A stretch of 64,000 nucleotides of DNA, taken from positions 11,145,263 to 11,209,262 of the forward strand of contig NC_134028.1 in NCBI RefSeq assembly GCF_964204645.1, given 5' to 3'. The notes below the pieces were generated by a model. It saw nothing but the letters and a program-made list of their open reading frames with translations. It did not search any database and was not told where the DNA came from. Position 1 is the first letter of the stretch, and every line of letters begins with the position of its first letter. The stretch comes from Tubulanus polymorphus (lineage: Eukaryota; Animalia; Nemertea). The position numbers and the translations under genes are program-made. This document shows positions 25,061 to 38,311 of this stretch, in pieces.

Positions 25061-25881
25061 TTACCTTTGTCAGCGATATGATGTTGGTATTGAGCCAATT
25101 CATGTAAAATCGCGGTACGTTTTTTGATGTGAGTATTGGTTTCATTGGTTCTCGGCTTAAACGACGTATAATCGATGCGATTGAAGACATGGCGAACCTC
25201 TGTCGATGACATGGTCAACTGAGTTAAAATTCTACGAAAAACTGTTTTTGGCGGGAAAATTCTTAGCTCTCGCGTATAAAATTGCAATGACCTCGATTGG
25301 GGGGCGTTGTCTCTACGAGCGAATGGGATTGGCTTTTTTGGGATGTACGGGGAATTCCAGTGCTACTAAAATAGAATGGCGTACGTTTCATTGGACTAGG
25401 TGCCGTATACGTGCGGATTTCGAATGCTCATTGCTGGTGAGGATGTAATTATTTCACTCATCTGCCATAGGTATTGTTTCATTTTAATACCCGGTGATTG
25501 TGCTGATTGACATTGAGGTGTAAGCGAATATTCACTTACACGAGGCCTCCACATGCACGCGGAGTGCTACACCACACACACACAAGCTCGTACAGTACAC
25601 TACTAAGGGTGATGCTGTAACGCGTGCACGTTTAACATGAAAATAGGCTGAATAATTGTAGCAGAAGATGAGCGCTGTGTTTTCTGTTCGATAGAATTTG
25701 TAATAAATTGTAATTTCTTGTGACCTGAAAATACTAAGCAGCAAACTATAAGGTCTGTCGAGGTCTGAATATTGTAGTGGTAAATTCCAGGATTTAGAAC
25801 GATATAATAGCCGATTTCTTCTGTACCGGTATTTTAGCTTCCGTGGCCAACATTGGAAGAGGTTTCCAAGACCCAATATTC

Positions 25882-26755
25882 AGCCACCCTCTGATATGTG
25901 ACATCATATGAATTTTAGGCCATACCAAAATAATGGTCTGTTTGCCGTAACCCGACCAACCCAACTTCAGAGGTACCGAGTGAAAACTTTTTTCTGGGGT
26001 TCATTGAAATGAATTTTATTTTTGATAAAAACGGCCGACCGACTATGAGCTACGTATGTTTGAATTTTAGTGTGCATCGTATGAAAATATGCCTTGACAT
26101 GTGGCCTAGTTTAAGTTTCCAGGAAACTGGCGAGTTCCAATAAGCTGTCATTCATTCTAATAGTGACTATATTAAAGCTGGTAACGTAAAAGCGCGCACA
26201 TATTCAATGTACTGTTTCATTTTTAACACAGAGATGACGCTCTGGACGAAGTTATAATTTTAGAATAATTCTTGAAATCTACGCTATTAGACAAATTTCC
26301 CGTGCACAACGTATATGATTTTTTTGCAATATTGTTTCCATGTAAAAAAGCCCAAAGGTGAAAAATTTGTTTTTTTTCCCAAAAATTTTGCAAAAAAAAA
26401 TTTCTACCTACTCATCCTGAAAAATTGAGTCGGTGTTGCGGCAAACAGACAATTATTTTGGGATGGCCTTATTTGAATATTTTTTCATATTGTGAAACAT
26501 ATTTTTTTGAAGATATAAAATAGTTTCCCTGATGCGCCTATTTGTACCCTACAAAATTTTGGACGTGGACCGCAAACAAATGTATATCTTTGGTCTTATT
26601 TGACTACAAAATAATTCTTTAAGAAAGATAGAATACAATATAAACTTGTGAAACTTTGAAGTCACGAATTAAAAAGATTTTTCAAGCAATGCCCTTACTC
26701 CAAACAACCTCTAGCTTTCAAGGTAAACCAAACTTTGCCCATGGGCAATTTATTT
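25882..26755 (+). repeat. ~870-bp diverged duplicate of the right flank of Polinton B (38464-39327)
   Basis: Colinear from AGCCACCCTCTG to CCCATGGGCAATTTATT. Confidence 0.9.
25918..26468. mobile_element. MITE with ~40-bp TIRs and TTA TSD (PIF/Harbinger-like)
   Basis: tta|GGCCATACCAAAATAAT...ATTATTTTGGGATGGCC|tta. Confidence 0.75.
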
Positions 26756-27259
26756 TATATCGAAAATAATTATCATAGGAAATTATATAGATCAATTTTT
26801 ATCGATTATGTAAGAAATACTCCAAAACAAGTATTATCAGATCTAAAAACTCGTCATACATATATACTATCATTTCCAGGTGATTATAATGATATGCATT
26901 ATTTCATAAAATTTAAAAATATAGATTTTTTAACAGAATTGAAAAAAGTTGCTGCTAATGATAATTATGATAATAAAAGTGATAACGTTGATGAAATAAT
27001 TCACTACTACAGTTATAAAGATTTTTCACAGGATGTTATAAATGAAATAAGAAATGATGCAAAAAATAAATATAAAAATATAAGTGAAGACAAATTAAAC
27101 CAATATATTTATTTAACTTATGAATTGGATGCTAAAGGTTTGAATGCTGTTGATGGTTATCATACTAAACTATTAGGTGAAGTTGAAGGTGAAAGAAAAT
27201 CACAAGAATTAAAAACTGCACGACTCAAATTGATTTTAGAATTAGAAGCAGAAAAGTAA
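26755..27259 (+). pseudogene. 5'-truncated Polinton hypothetical protein (variable slot before the convergence zone)
   Basis: AT-rich ORF; the annotated first codons come from the adjoining duplicated host segment. Confidence 0.6.
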
Positions 27260-27279
27260 TTTAAAATATGAATATTATA

Positions 27280-27895
27280 CCCTTGTGTCTTTATTGTCTT
27301 TAGTAGGCTTAGTACTTTTAGTATATAAAGAATAAATCTTTATTTTATTATTAGTGAATAAAATTATTTTTAAAACTACTAAACTACTAAAGACAATAAA
27401 GACATAAATATATATATTACTGTTTCAATAATTATATTTATTCATCTGATGGATTTTATATATTACTGTTTCAATAATTAAATCTATTTATCACACATAT
27501 TTATTATATATTACTGTTTCAATAATGATAAATATTATAGATTTATCATATATAAAAATTATTTATATATTTATTTTTCTAAGTACTAATAAAATAAAGA
27601 TTTATTCTTTATGTACTAAACGTACTAAAAGTAATAATAACAAACACATATAGATGTAATAAATATCATAGATTTATTTAACTCACAGATTTATTATATA
27701 TATTTGATTCAGTAATGATAAATCTGTGAGATAAATAAATCTATGATATTTATAACAACTATATGTGTTTGTTATGTCTTTATTATCTTTATTTTCTTTA
27801 GCAGTTTAGTAGTTCTATTTTATTTTTAAAGTATTAATAATATAAAGATTTATTCTTTATGTACTAAAAGTACTAAAGATAATAAAGACACAAGA
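27280..27895. repeat. Nested inverted repeats between convergent stop codons
   Basis: 27281-27350 vs 27836-27894 inverted; hairpin 27640-27772; three TATATTACTGTTTCAATAAT direct repeats. Confidence 0.85.
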
Positions 27896-27932
27896 AAGGT
27901 ATTAATTTGAAATAATTTAAATTATTCTAATT

Positions 27933-28160
27933 TTATTTTATAAATTTATATTCACATAGAAATTGTAGCCTCGGAAGTAATTTTGAACCTTTATTATTCT
28001 TTAATTTATTCATATATTTATCATGTAATTCAGTAGGTATAATTTGATTTTCTTCCAATGATTGTTGCATAGATTTTCTATCTTTATTGTAGAATAAAAC
28101 TAAAAATCTTATATTCTCCCTAAAGTCTTTAACAATTGAATTATATTTTTTGATTTAAAA
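27933..28160 (-). pseudogene. 3' fragment of packaging ATPase
   Basis: Near-identical to 33784-34010; abuts the middle of a plus-strand penton gene. Confidence 0.85.
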
Positions 28161-28717
28161 ATATGGATAAATGGTATCATCTATTTCTAAGACCGGGATT
28201 ATATAATTTAGAAACATAATCTCAAGAAATTAATAGAAGAGCTCGGTTAAAAGTGGGTGAATCTGTTGGGTTTAACATTAAATTTAATAAAATTGATAGT
28301 ACTAATAAAATAAGAATAAATAAGTTAACTAATGAACAATATAAATTCATAGTAAGAAAACCATTAGCTAAAATGCTAGGAGTTGATCCAAATAAAGTTT
28401 ATTCAAATGTTGATACTACGCCAAATATAATACCTTTTATGCACTTCTATATTTATTGTAATTTAATTGATCCTACAAAAACATTCGAAGCAACTAAAGA
28501 TACAATTTGTAATTCTGGTTTATTAAATATTTTACCATTAAAAAATGTCAAACAATTTGGAACTCAAATAAATTATTATTTAACTGAATGTGATTTCAAA
28601 CCTTGTATTTCACATTTTAATAATTTTAGATTAGAAATTAGAAATCATAATGGATACTTAATTGATTTGAATAACTTTCCTGTAATTTATGAATTAGTTA
28701 TAAGATGTAAAGAGTAA
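28161..28717 (+). pseudogene. Penton, 5'-truncated, copy B
   Basis: ORF 28253-28717 homologous to 18400-18862. Confidence 0.78.
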
Positions 28718-28733
28718 TGTTTCACCTATATAA

Positions 28734-29058
28734 ATGAATATAACTGTTGGACCGAGTATATGTTTTGGATTTGATTTTAAACATGAGAAAGCAAAGGAAA
28801 TTTAACATTAATGATGTAATTATACATATTAAAAATATTGCATTTTCTAATGAAACAACATTTGAGTATGAAACAACAATAGATAAAGAAACTTTAAATG
28901 TAGAAAAGACTACTAATTTAATTAGAGAATCTTTAAGATTTTATGAATTAGATGAAGATTTTATCATCGATGATATCAAAAAAATAATAATTGAAATATA
29001 CACAAATGAAACTAGTAATGAAATAAATGTTGAAATAATTATAAATAAGATAACTTAA
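28734..29058 (+). pseudogene. Polinton small acidic protein, copy B
   Basis: TAAATG start at 28734; one frameshift relative to ORF 28747-29058. Confidence 0.65.
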
Positions 29059-29090
29059 TATTTCGATGATAGTAATTTTTTTGATAATAA

Positions 29091-29312
29091 ATGAGTGATA
29101 ATAAGTGGATAATAACTGGATTATATAATGGCGCATTACTATCAGTTGGAACTGTTGGTTATTCAATGGTATTAAAAAAAGTATTCAAAATGGGAAGTGT
29201 TAATGTTGATAGATTTGATATAAAGGATATCTTAAAATTAACATTAGCAGTTACTTTATCTAATTTAACTATTGATTATTTAGAAAAACAAAAATATATT
29301 CCTCCCATATAA
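29091..29312 (+). CDS. Polinton small hydrophobic protein, copy B
   Basis: Near-identical to 19224-19442. Confidence 0.8.
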   Translation: MSDNKWIITGLYNGALLSVGTVGYSMVLKKVFKMGSVNVDRFDIKDILKLTLAVTLSNLTIDYLEKQKYIPPI

Positions 29313-29336
29313 ATGCGTAATTATTTTACTAAATAA

Positions 29337-29755
29337 ATGGCTTCTGCAATTATAACTATTATAGGATCGGCAATTGTTAACGCTTTAGCATTTACTGGTG
29401 GTGGTTATTTATTTAAGCATATTGATAAAAATAGTTCATTAACAGAACAAAAAAGACATAACTTAGCGTTAGAGAAATACAATAAAGCAGCAGAAGAATA
29501 TAGAAAAAAGAGACAAAACTATGTGGATTATATTAACAAAGAATTATATGATCAGAAGATTTCACATAAAGATTTTCAATCAGTCGATGATGCAATGAGT
29601 TTATATAACGCAGTAACCAATAAAGAAAAATTACATCTATACAAACCTAAATTATCAGATTATTATACCCCAAGTAAAGAACAACAGAAATAATATGGAT
29701 TTTAGGCGGAACTGTTATTGTTATATTTGTTGCTTATAAGTTTACTAATAAGTAA
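29337..29755 (+). pseudogene. Polinton membrane protein, copy B
   Basis: ORF open to 29693; a small deletion cuts off the C-terminal TM. Confidence 0.75.
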
Positions 29756-29772
29756 TTTTTTTTGCTAAATAA

Positions 29773-30197
29773 ATGGATGATAATATTGATATTATTCCTC
29801 ATGATATAAATAAAACTAAATTAAAAACATATTTAGAAAAACAAATATTAGAATTTAAAAGTGACTTAAAAGTTAAAAAGAAAAAATATTTAAAAGGTAA
29901 AATTATATATTAAGGATTATAAGTGGTTCGGTTACAATTAGTTCTGTAATAACATTTCTAGCAATATTCAGCCCATAACCACCTTTAGCTATATCAATTG
30001 GTGTATTAGGATTAAGTTCAAGTGTTTTAACTGGTATAAGTTCAAAATTAAATATAAAAAGTAATAAAGAAAAAATTAAAACTAATATAAAAGAAATTAA
30101 TAGATTAAAGAATACACTAGATTATATAATAAGTTTAAATGTCCATATAACAGTTGAAGAACAAGATAAATTATTAAAAGAATTAGTTAATTATTAA
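29773..30197 (+). pseudogene. Polinton two-TM coiled-coil protein, copy B
   Basis: Homolog of 19899-20334. Confidence 0.65.
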
Positions 30198-30213
30198 TTT
30201 TTTAATTATATAA

Positions 30214-31534
30214 ATGGGGTTTCCAAAAGCTTTCCAATATAATAAATCAATTAAATATAATATTCCTGCAATAGATTTTAATAAAGATATTTCATATAGA
30301 AATGAAGTTTTAAATTCATTCATTGATTTATATATTTATGTTACTGAAAGTAATAGTTTTCATGTAAAGATGGAAAATATATTTCATGTGTATACAATTA
30401 ATTTTAAAAATTTAAATGAGGCAAAACAATGGTTATTAAAATCTAATATGAAGTATTGGCAGGACCAATTAAATTTTGCTGTTTATTGTGCAACAACAGG
30501 ATGTGGAATAAGCTGGAATGATCATTTAAACAAACCAAGTTTACCATTGATGTTATCACTTTTTAGATTTCATACTTATTTTCAAATAAAATTAATTATT
30601 AGATGTATTAGAATGTCCTTTACCAGGTTCAAAATATTTTAAAGAATTGAATAATAATATTAATTTTTCTAAGTTTTATAAAATATGTAATGAATTTAAT
30701 ATTAATTCAAATAAAGATTTTAGAGCAAAAATTGGAACAATGGGTGGATTAGGAATATCATATACTAAAGAATTTGGAAAAATAATGACAAATTCAGATA
30801 TAAGAACACTAAATTGGAATGAATTACCAAAATATTATAATAATATACAACAACAAAACAATAATGGTTGGGTTAATTTCATTTTAGAAAATAGTGAAGG
30901 TTTTACTAAAGCTGGTATACAAAGAATAAATCAATCTATTAGAACTTATTTGATATGTATTCTAGGTGCCCAAGTTGAAACAAGATCACCAATAGTTGGA
31001 AATGATAACACTTCATTTGATGCACAGAAACAATTCAAAGTATTATTTGAAGATTCAATTCATAATGATAAAAATAGATCGATTCCAGAAAACATTGTAA
31101 GATATCAAAATTATTTAGATAAATCACATATTAGATTAAATTATTGTATAGGCCCTAATCCATTAATTATTTCTAATGATTTAGTATTAAAGATGGGAAA
31201 TATAATTGGTTACACTAATCTAATTAAAACTGCAACAATAAATAATTCATTTGGATTGAATGATATAAATAAAAAGATTATTACTGCTCCAAAATTAATG
31301 GAAGGTGAAAAAAATAAAAAACATATTCAATCAACAGAAACTAAAACTAAGAATATTAAATTAAATAATGATTCTAAAATAAAAGATTACAATACATCAG
31401 AAGATATAAAAACTGATAATATTCAACATGATATAATTAAACTAAATGATGATAATAAATCCCATGAAAATGCTAAATTAGCTTTAACTTTTATAGGAAT
31501 TGTAATCGGAGGAATATAATATTTTAAATTTTAA
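30214..31534 (+). pseudogene. Conserved Polinton protein (YWQDQLNFAVYCATTGCG), copy B
   Basis: ORFs 30214-30642 and 30647-31519; frameshift near 30600. Confidence 0.75.
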
Positions 31535-31550
31535 TTTTTTTATTATGTAA

Positions 31551-32580
31551 ATGGCAGAAGGCGGAGAAGATATTGGAATTGATACTTTTGGTGACGCTCC
31601 CGGTATAAGTGATGAACAACCGCCTGATTTTAGTGAAACAAGTTTTAGTAATGATAATAAAACAGAATATAATACTAATTTACCGGAAGTTGTTCCTGGT
31701 TCTAAAACCCCGTCAACAGATGAATATATTAGAGGGGCTAAATCGAGAATAGATATTGAAAATGAAGATCCAGAAATAACAAAAAAAAAGAATTAAAATA
31801 TGACAATTTAACTGATGAATTAAAACCAATATTAAAAAATTCTGGATACAATATAACAAATAAAGGTATGGATTATTTAGTAAAAGATTTGAAATATTTA
31901 AATGGTAATTATTATTGGCATTTGGAAGGTGACTATTATTTTAAGATTTCTTCTAATAAAAGTCTCGATAAAATAACAACAAAATCAACTTTAATTCAAT
32001 TAGAACAATCTAGAATTAAGAAAATCATTAATGATGTTATAACTGATGTTACAGAACGAGAGATAACTCTAAATAGAAAAGATTTTATTCGAAAAAATGA
32101 TAAATTTTTGAAGATAATTAATGAAAATTCAATACCAAAAACAATTCCTAAAAAAGCTGATAATTCCAAAACTAGTAAACCTAAACCAAGAAGAGTTCAA
32201 ACTGAAAAACTTTTACCAAATGGATTACTTGATGCAACAGATCAAGAATTAGAAGATTTAAATAATATATTTTCTGTTGAAGCAATTAGAGAAATTAAAA
32301 GTATACAAGATGAAGCTGATAAAATTGCGCATGAAAAAAGTAAAAGAGATATTAAAATTAGAACTTTAGAAAAAGAATTAACAGATAAAAATAAAGAAAT
32401 AGAACAATTAAAGTCTGATTTAGACCATCAAGCAATTGGTGAAATGGAATATAGTTAAAAAAAATTACGTTTAGAAAAATAAATTAATAATTTAAAAGAT
32501 AATTTAGAAGTACTGAAAGGTGAAAGAGATATATTATTAAAAGAATATGGTAATAATTTTAAAAGATTAAAATATGTTTA
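31551..32580 (+). pseudogene. Acidic/coiled-coil protein, copy B, 3' truncated
   Basis: Shares RVQTEKLLPNGLLDAT with copy A; frameshift in an A-run near 31785; TM C-terminus missing. Confidence 0.7.
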
Positions 32581-32639
32581 ATAAACATTAAGAAAATACT
32601 CATTATAAATCAAAGTTACATCTAATTAATGTTTATAAA

Positions 32640-33019
32640 ATGGTGAGTATGATACCATTGATAAATAACCCAAATAAATATATCAAATATTTTAACCCTA
32701 AAACTAACCAATATTATATATTCTATAAGTTGTTATTTGATAAATTATTAGCTTATGCAGAAGATAATCCTGAACAAATATATAAATTATTATATTTTAG
32801 AAAAATAGATTTAAGTTATCTGATAAATAATTTTGGATATCATTTTGATTTTGATTATGATGATTTTGATGAATACTTAGAGAAATTAAGAGAAAAAGCT
32901 AATATACCTACTAATTATCATTTTAAGATGGCTCAATTAAAATTAATAAATCTACCTAAGACTTTTGATGAATTAGATATAAACAGAGATGATTTTATAA
33001 ATGTATTAGAAACAAAATT

Positions 33020-33026
<7 letters not shown>
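32640..33026 (+). CDS. Polinton hypothetical protein (128 aa)
   Basis: Intact AT-rich ORF ending at the palindromic zone. Confidence 0.6.
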
Positions 33027-33760
<734 letters not shown>

Positions 33761-33783
33761 TATAATATTCCAAATTATAAATT

Positions 33784-34395
33784 TTATTTTATAAATTTAT
33801 ATTCATAGGGAAATTGTAATCTCAGTAATAATTTTGAACCTTTATTATTCTTTAATTTATTCATATATTCATCATGTAATTCAGTAGGTATAATTTGATT
33901 TTCTTCCAATGATTGTTGCATAGATTTTCTATCTTTATTGTAGAATAAAACTAGAAATCTTATATTCTCCCTAAAGTCTTTAACAATTGAATTATATTTT
34001 TGATTTAAAACCCATGTTGTTATCCCGAAATGTCTCCCAGAGAAAGCTAATTAACATAACTCACTTTCTCTTACTTTTGAATCATGTAAATAAGCGCAAT
34101 CATCTACAATGAATAATGTATTTGATCCTTTATAAGTATCAATTGCTATTTTTATACAATTATCTAAATTTTCTTTTACTGTTTTAGGATTTAATATAAT
34201 AAACTTTTTCATCTTAACTATATCTCTATTATATGTTTTATTCATTTCATAAGTAGGACAGAATAATATTATGTTATCAAAATGATTCTTATAAATAGTT
34301 TCTAACAAGTCTAATATGAAATGTGTTTTACCACAGTTTGTTACTCCAGTAACTAACATATTATGCGGTTCAAATATAAATAAATCTTTATTCAT
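33784..34395 (-). pseudogene. A32/FtsK-like packaging ATPase
   Basis: Walker A GVTNCGKT, Walker B FIVDD, SGRHFGITTWVLNQ; one in-frame TAA at 34051-34053. Confidence 0.92.
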
Positions 34396-35479
34396 TTATT
34401 CTTTTAATTTTACTGGATAAAATCCATTCATTAAATTTATCATCGTATCCTTTATATTTCACCAAAGAATACTTTTTTCCTTTAAGAGTTTTTGTTTTCA
34501 ATACTTTTTCTATTTTGTATTCTATTTCATCTGGGTTTGGTACAAGTGATAATTCTTGTTCATAGAAATAACCTAATATTTCTTCATCTTTTAGATCTTC
34601 TAGTTTATATACAAAAGGTTTAGTTAATATGATCTTTTTAATCTTGAATATTTCTTCTGTAAAATTTGGGGTATAACCTTTATAAAATGTTTTTCTATAT
34701 TTAGATATTCTGACATGTTGCCTCATTTTAAATTTAGGTTCACCGAAATCATGTGTAACAAACGCTCCATATAAATTATTCCAAACTATTTCTGAATTAT
34801 CTTCTTTTCTAGCTTGTATAGGTTTCATATTTATAGAACTATGTTTAGAATTATTATAACCTTTCACTAAATCATCTAACACATCGATATATTTATATGT
34901 TTCATTAGCAGTAAAATATTTCCACATTCTAGTTTTCAATGTTTTATTAAATCTTTCTATAATAGATGCTTTTTTATCTGAATGTGTTGAAAAATATTCC
35001 ACATCGTTATCAGATAATAGTTTTTTAAAATGTTTGTTATAGAATTCCTTACCTTCATCAAATTGTATCTTATCTGGAATTGCTTCTTTAAATATAGATT
35101 TAAAAGCATTTGTCACTTCTATACCAGTTTTATTTTTGATTGGAATTGACCATGCGTATCTACTGAATATGTCTATAACATTCAGTATCCAGAAATATCC
35201 TTTGTTGTGTTCTTCTAAGTTCTTCATGTCAATTAAATCTGCTTGCCATTGTTGATCGATATATGAAACCATAACTTTTCTTGTTAAATAAGTTTTATCC
35301 ATTTTCTTGTGAATTTGATATGTTGGTTGATTTTGTAACCATGATTTTAACTCACTATAAATTATATTACCATTTTCATTATCAGATTTAATTTTATTCC
35401 ATAATTCTGAAACGTTAGAATATGATACTTCACTTTCTGGGTTATAATATAACTCTCTTAAATATTGTTCTTTTTTCAT
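34388..35479 (-). CDS. int: Retroviral-like (rve) integrase with C-terminal chromodomain
   Basis: QWQADLID, QFDEGKEF, IERFNKTLK (DDE triad); YKIEKVLK..LVKYKGYDDKFNEWI chromodomain; open 363 aa. Confidence 0.95.
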   Translation of the reverse strand: MKKEQYLRELYYNPESEVSYSNVSELWNKIKSDNENGNIIYSELKSWLQNQPTYQIHKKMDKTYLTRKVMVSYIDQQWQADLIDMKNLEEHNKGYFWILNVIDIFSRYAWSIPIKNKTGIEVTNAFKSIFKEAIPDKIQFDEGKEFYNKHFKKLLSDNDVEYFSTHSDKKASIIERFNKTLKTRMWKYFTANETYKYIDVLDDLVKGYNNSKHSSINMKPIQARKEDNSEIVWNNLYGAFVTHDFGEPKFKMRQHVRISKYRKTFYKGYTPNFTEEIFKIKKIILTKPFVYKLEDLKDEEILGYFYEQELSLVPNPDEIEYKIEKVLKTKTLKGKKYSLVKYKGYDDKFNEWILSSKIKRINE

Positions 35480-35485
35480 CTTATT

Positions 35486-35854
35486 TTAATCCATTAATAA
35501 TAATTTAGATTTAATTTCAATGGCTTTATGATTTGACGTATTTTCTGATATAATAGGTTTATCATCATTGGAATCATCTTTATCATCAGATTTGAATTTT
35601 GATTTATATATTACACCGGATAATATAATAACTGTTACTAATCCAATTGTAATATATAATTTATAATTACTTCCAGCATTAGAAGAATCAGATGGATTAT
35701 TATTTGAATCAATATCAGATAATTTCTGTGATTCATTTATATCAGTTAATTTCTTTTTCTTAGCTTTTTTTAATTCTGAAGATCTTTTACCTAATTCTCT
35801 TGCCCATTTAATTTGTTTCTCTGATCTAACCTTTTTCTTAACGCCATCACTCAT
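35486..35854 (-). CDS. Polinton single-TM basic protein
   Basis: 122 aa, central hydrophobic helix; start overlaps the upstream stop; TAAATG. Confidence 0.7.
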   Translation of the reverse strand: MSDGVKKKVRSEKQIKWARELGKRSSELKKAKKKKLTDINESQKLSDIDSNNNPSDSSNAGSNYKLYITIGLVTVIILSGVIYKSKFKSDDKDDSNDDKPIISENTSNHKAIEIKSKLLLMD

Positions 35855-36461
35855 TTATTTTAGTTAATTTTTGTTCTGATTCATTTTCTGTTTCGACGTT
35901 TGGTTGTAGTACAGCGTCATCTGTTTCGTTCTTACCTGATTTATATTCCATAGGCTTGATATTCGAAAATGTTATGACGCCAGTAGAAATTAATGTCATA
36001 ACCGATCCTAATTGAAATGAAACATAACCAACCCATTTTTGTAATTCAGTCATAACTAAGTAGTCATTTTTCAAATCACTATATAATTTATTTTCATCAT
36101 CAATTGGTATTAACTGGTTACATAACTTAGAGTAACATTTGACAATACCATCTGAAATAGAATCATTTATTCTAGCTAATCTAGCTTCTTCATAAATCTT
36201 AAAATATTCTATTACTTTATCTGGTTTCATAGCATCTAATTCTTGAAAAGTAATAGTCTTAGTTAAAAATTGTTTACACTTTCCGCTAGCAATCAATAGT
36301 TCAAGATGGTGTTTACAATATAAGTAGTATTCATAATCTATATTACAATTAACTTGAATATTATTTTCAATTTTGGTTGGAATATCCTTATTATCACTAA
36401 TACCTAAATCATCTAATGTTTTTTCAATATCAATACTATTCTTACTCGATTCCTTTGACAT
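35847..36461 (-). CDS. Polinton hypothetical protein (204 aa)
   Basis: Intact ORF in the tightly packed minus-strand block. Confidence 0.7.
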   Translation of the reverse strand: MSKESSKNSIDIEKTLDDLGISDNKDIPTKIENNIQVNCNIDYEYYLYCKHHLELLIASGKCKQFLTKTITFQELDAMKPDKVIEYFKIYEEARLARINDSISDGIVKCYSKLCNQLIPIDDENKLYSDLKNDYLVMTELQKWVGYVSFQLGSVMTLISTGVITFSNIKPMEYKSGKNETDDAVLQPNVETENESEQKLTKINE

Positions 36462-36708
36462 TTTTATTAGAGAAATTTAATGAGAAAAATGTTATAAGTA
36501 TTATAAAATGATACCAGTATCTCTTTAGATTAATACTAGCTTAGTTAAAGGTAAATAATTTTAGTATTAGTTATTGTTTTTTTAGTATTTTTCATTTGTG
36601 ATATAAAGGATTCTTTTTTGAAAAGAAAATATTAAAAAAACGATAACTAATACTAGCTAGTTGAAGATATGTAATTTTTAATACTTTTTATTTAAAATCT
36701 ATTATTCT

Positions 36709-37378
36709 TTAACCACTCATTAAAGACTCAACGTATTGTTCATTATTTGGATTATTGTTCCATTGATCAATAAATTTCTTTGCCTTTGTTAACTGTTCTA
36801 AATATAACTGTAAATCTAGTTTATTAGATTTGATTTTATTTTCTTTCTTTTCAAGAGGTCTTACATTTTTCCAACCCCAAATAAGTTTTTTTATTGTATT
36901 CATCATTCATGTTAAATTTAGATATTGGTAACGTATGATCAATATGAAAATAATCTCCATAATTATCTATATTCATTTGACTATCGAATTGAAATATAAT
37001 CCATGATTTGAGAAATTCATCTGAACAACCCAATAAATTAGATAATGTTTCTGAATGCATTTCTTTGTTGAATAATTGTGTTAATCTAGATCTTAAGCAT
37101 TGTTTCAATCTAAAATTAAGATCTGTTTGATATCTTTCTCTCATATATTCTGCCATATAATAATTATAATGTTCTATATTATCTTCTCGATATTGTTTGG
37201 TATATAGTTTAGTACAAGTTTTACAGCAATATTGAAAACCATCTTTGCTAATCTTACGCTTACTAAATTCTGTTAAAGCTAATTTATCTAATTCACACTT
37301 AGAACACTTCTTGTAGTATATATTTATAACGCCAGTGTTATTTGTAATATTGATAGTTTGTGGTTGTTCTGGTTCCAT
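36709..37378 (-). pseudogene. Zn-ribbon + HNH endonuclease of NCLDV/phage type, one frameshift
   Basis: CSKC..EFSKRK.SKDG..CKTC; LLGCS; HIDHTLP; next frame gives WKNVRPL..ENKIKSNK. Confidence 0.75.
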
Positions 37379-37385
37379 TTTAATA

Positions 37386-38231
37386 TCAAATTTTTTTACT
37401 AAATTGATTTCTATATTTGGAGTTATGATATTTTGATTTAAGATGGTGTGATTTATTGCTTCGAGTATAATATTTTCCACAATTACATAAAACGCTTTCA
37501 TTAGGATTATATTTAGGCGTAACAATTTCATTATCTAAGTTACATTGAGTTCCAACATCTTTAAATGATTTTTCATTATCTAATTCACATTGAATACCAA
37601 TATTTGATGAATTTTCATTATAGATAATTGGTTTATCATCAAAATTTAAATAATATAATTGTCTTTTTTCAATTCTTAAGTTAATCAAATTATTGTAACC
37701 TCTAGAAAGTATTAAATCCTCATTTCTTTCATTGAAAGGAGTTTCAAGAATATTTATAATTTTTTCATCTAAAGTTCCTTTATGATTTAAAACTGTATTA
37801 AATATGTTAGGATTTTTGATTCCATTATCTATCAGTTCAATAATTAAATATGCTTCATTTGATAATATTTGATTGGTTATAGAAATATTATAAATTTTAT
37901 ATTGTCTTCCATACACTAAATTTGTTGCTGAGATATAATTTTTAATGTTAAATAATGAAAATAAGTTATCATTATTCTTATTTCTAATATGACTTTTAGA
38001 TTCTAAATGTTTTTTATAATATCTTTTATCACTGAATGATTGATTACATGTATCACATTTGTATGTTTCTTTTTCATTCTTTAATTCATCAAATTTAGTT
38101 TCTAATATATCATCTTCATATTCTAATTTCAATTTATTCTATAAATGTGTTTTAGTTTTATTGTGCCTTGCTTTTTGGGATTTATCTATATTGATTTTAC
38201 ATGTTGAACAGTAGTACTTATTTGCTTCCAT
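37386..38231 (-). pseudogene. Zinc-finger protein sharing its N-terminal ~88 aa with PolB
   Basis: MEANKYYCSTC start at 38231; GAG>TAG at 38139-38141; third finger CNCGK..HHLKSKYH. Confidence 0.8.
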
Positions 38232-38311
38232 TTTAATACTAAAATTTTTTTTAAATTGATTTTAGAAGTTATTCATTTATATTTTATTCATATATATATG
38301 AATATTTTAAG

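Noticed and set aside
26735-26755. Annotated start MPMGNLF of ORF 26735
   Set aside because: Derived from the duplicated host segment at a junction, not a native start
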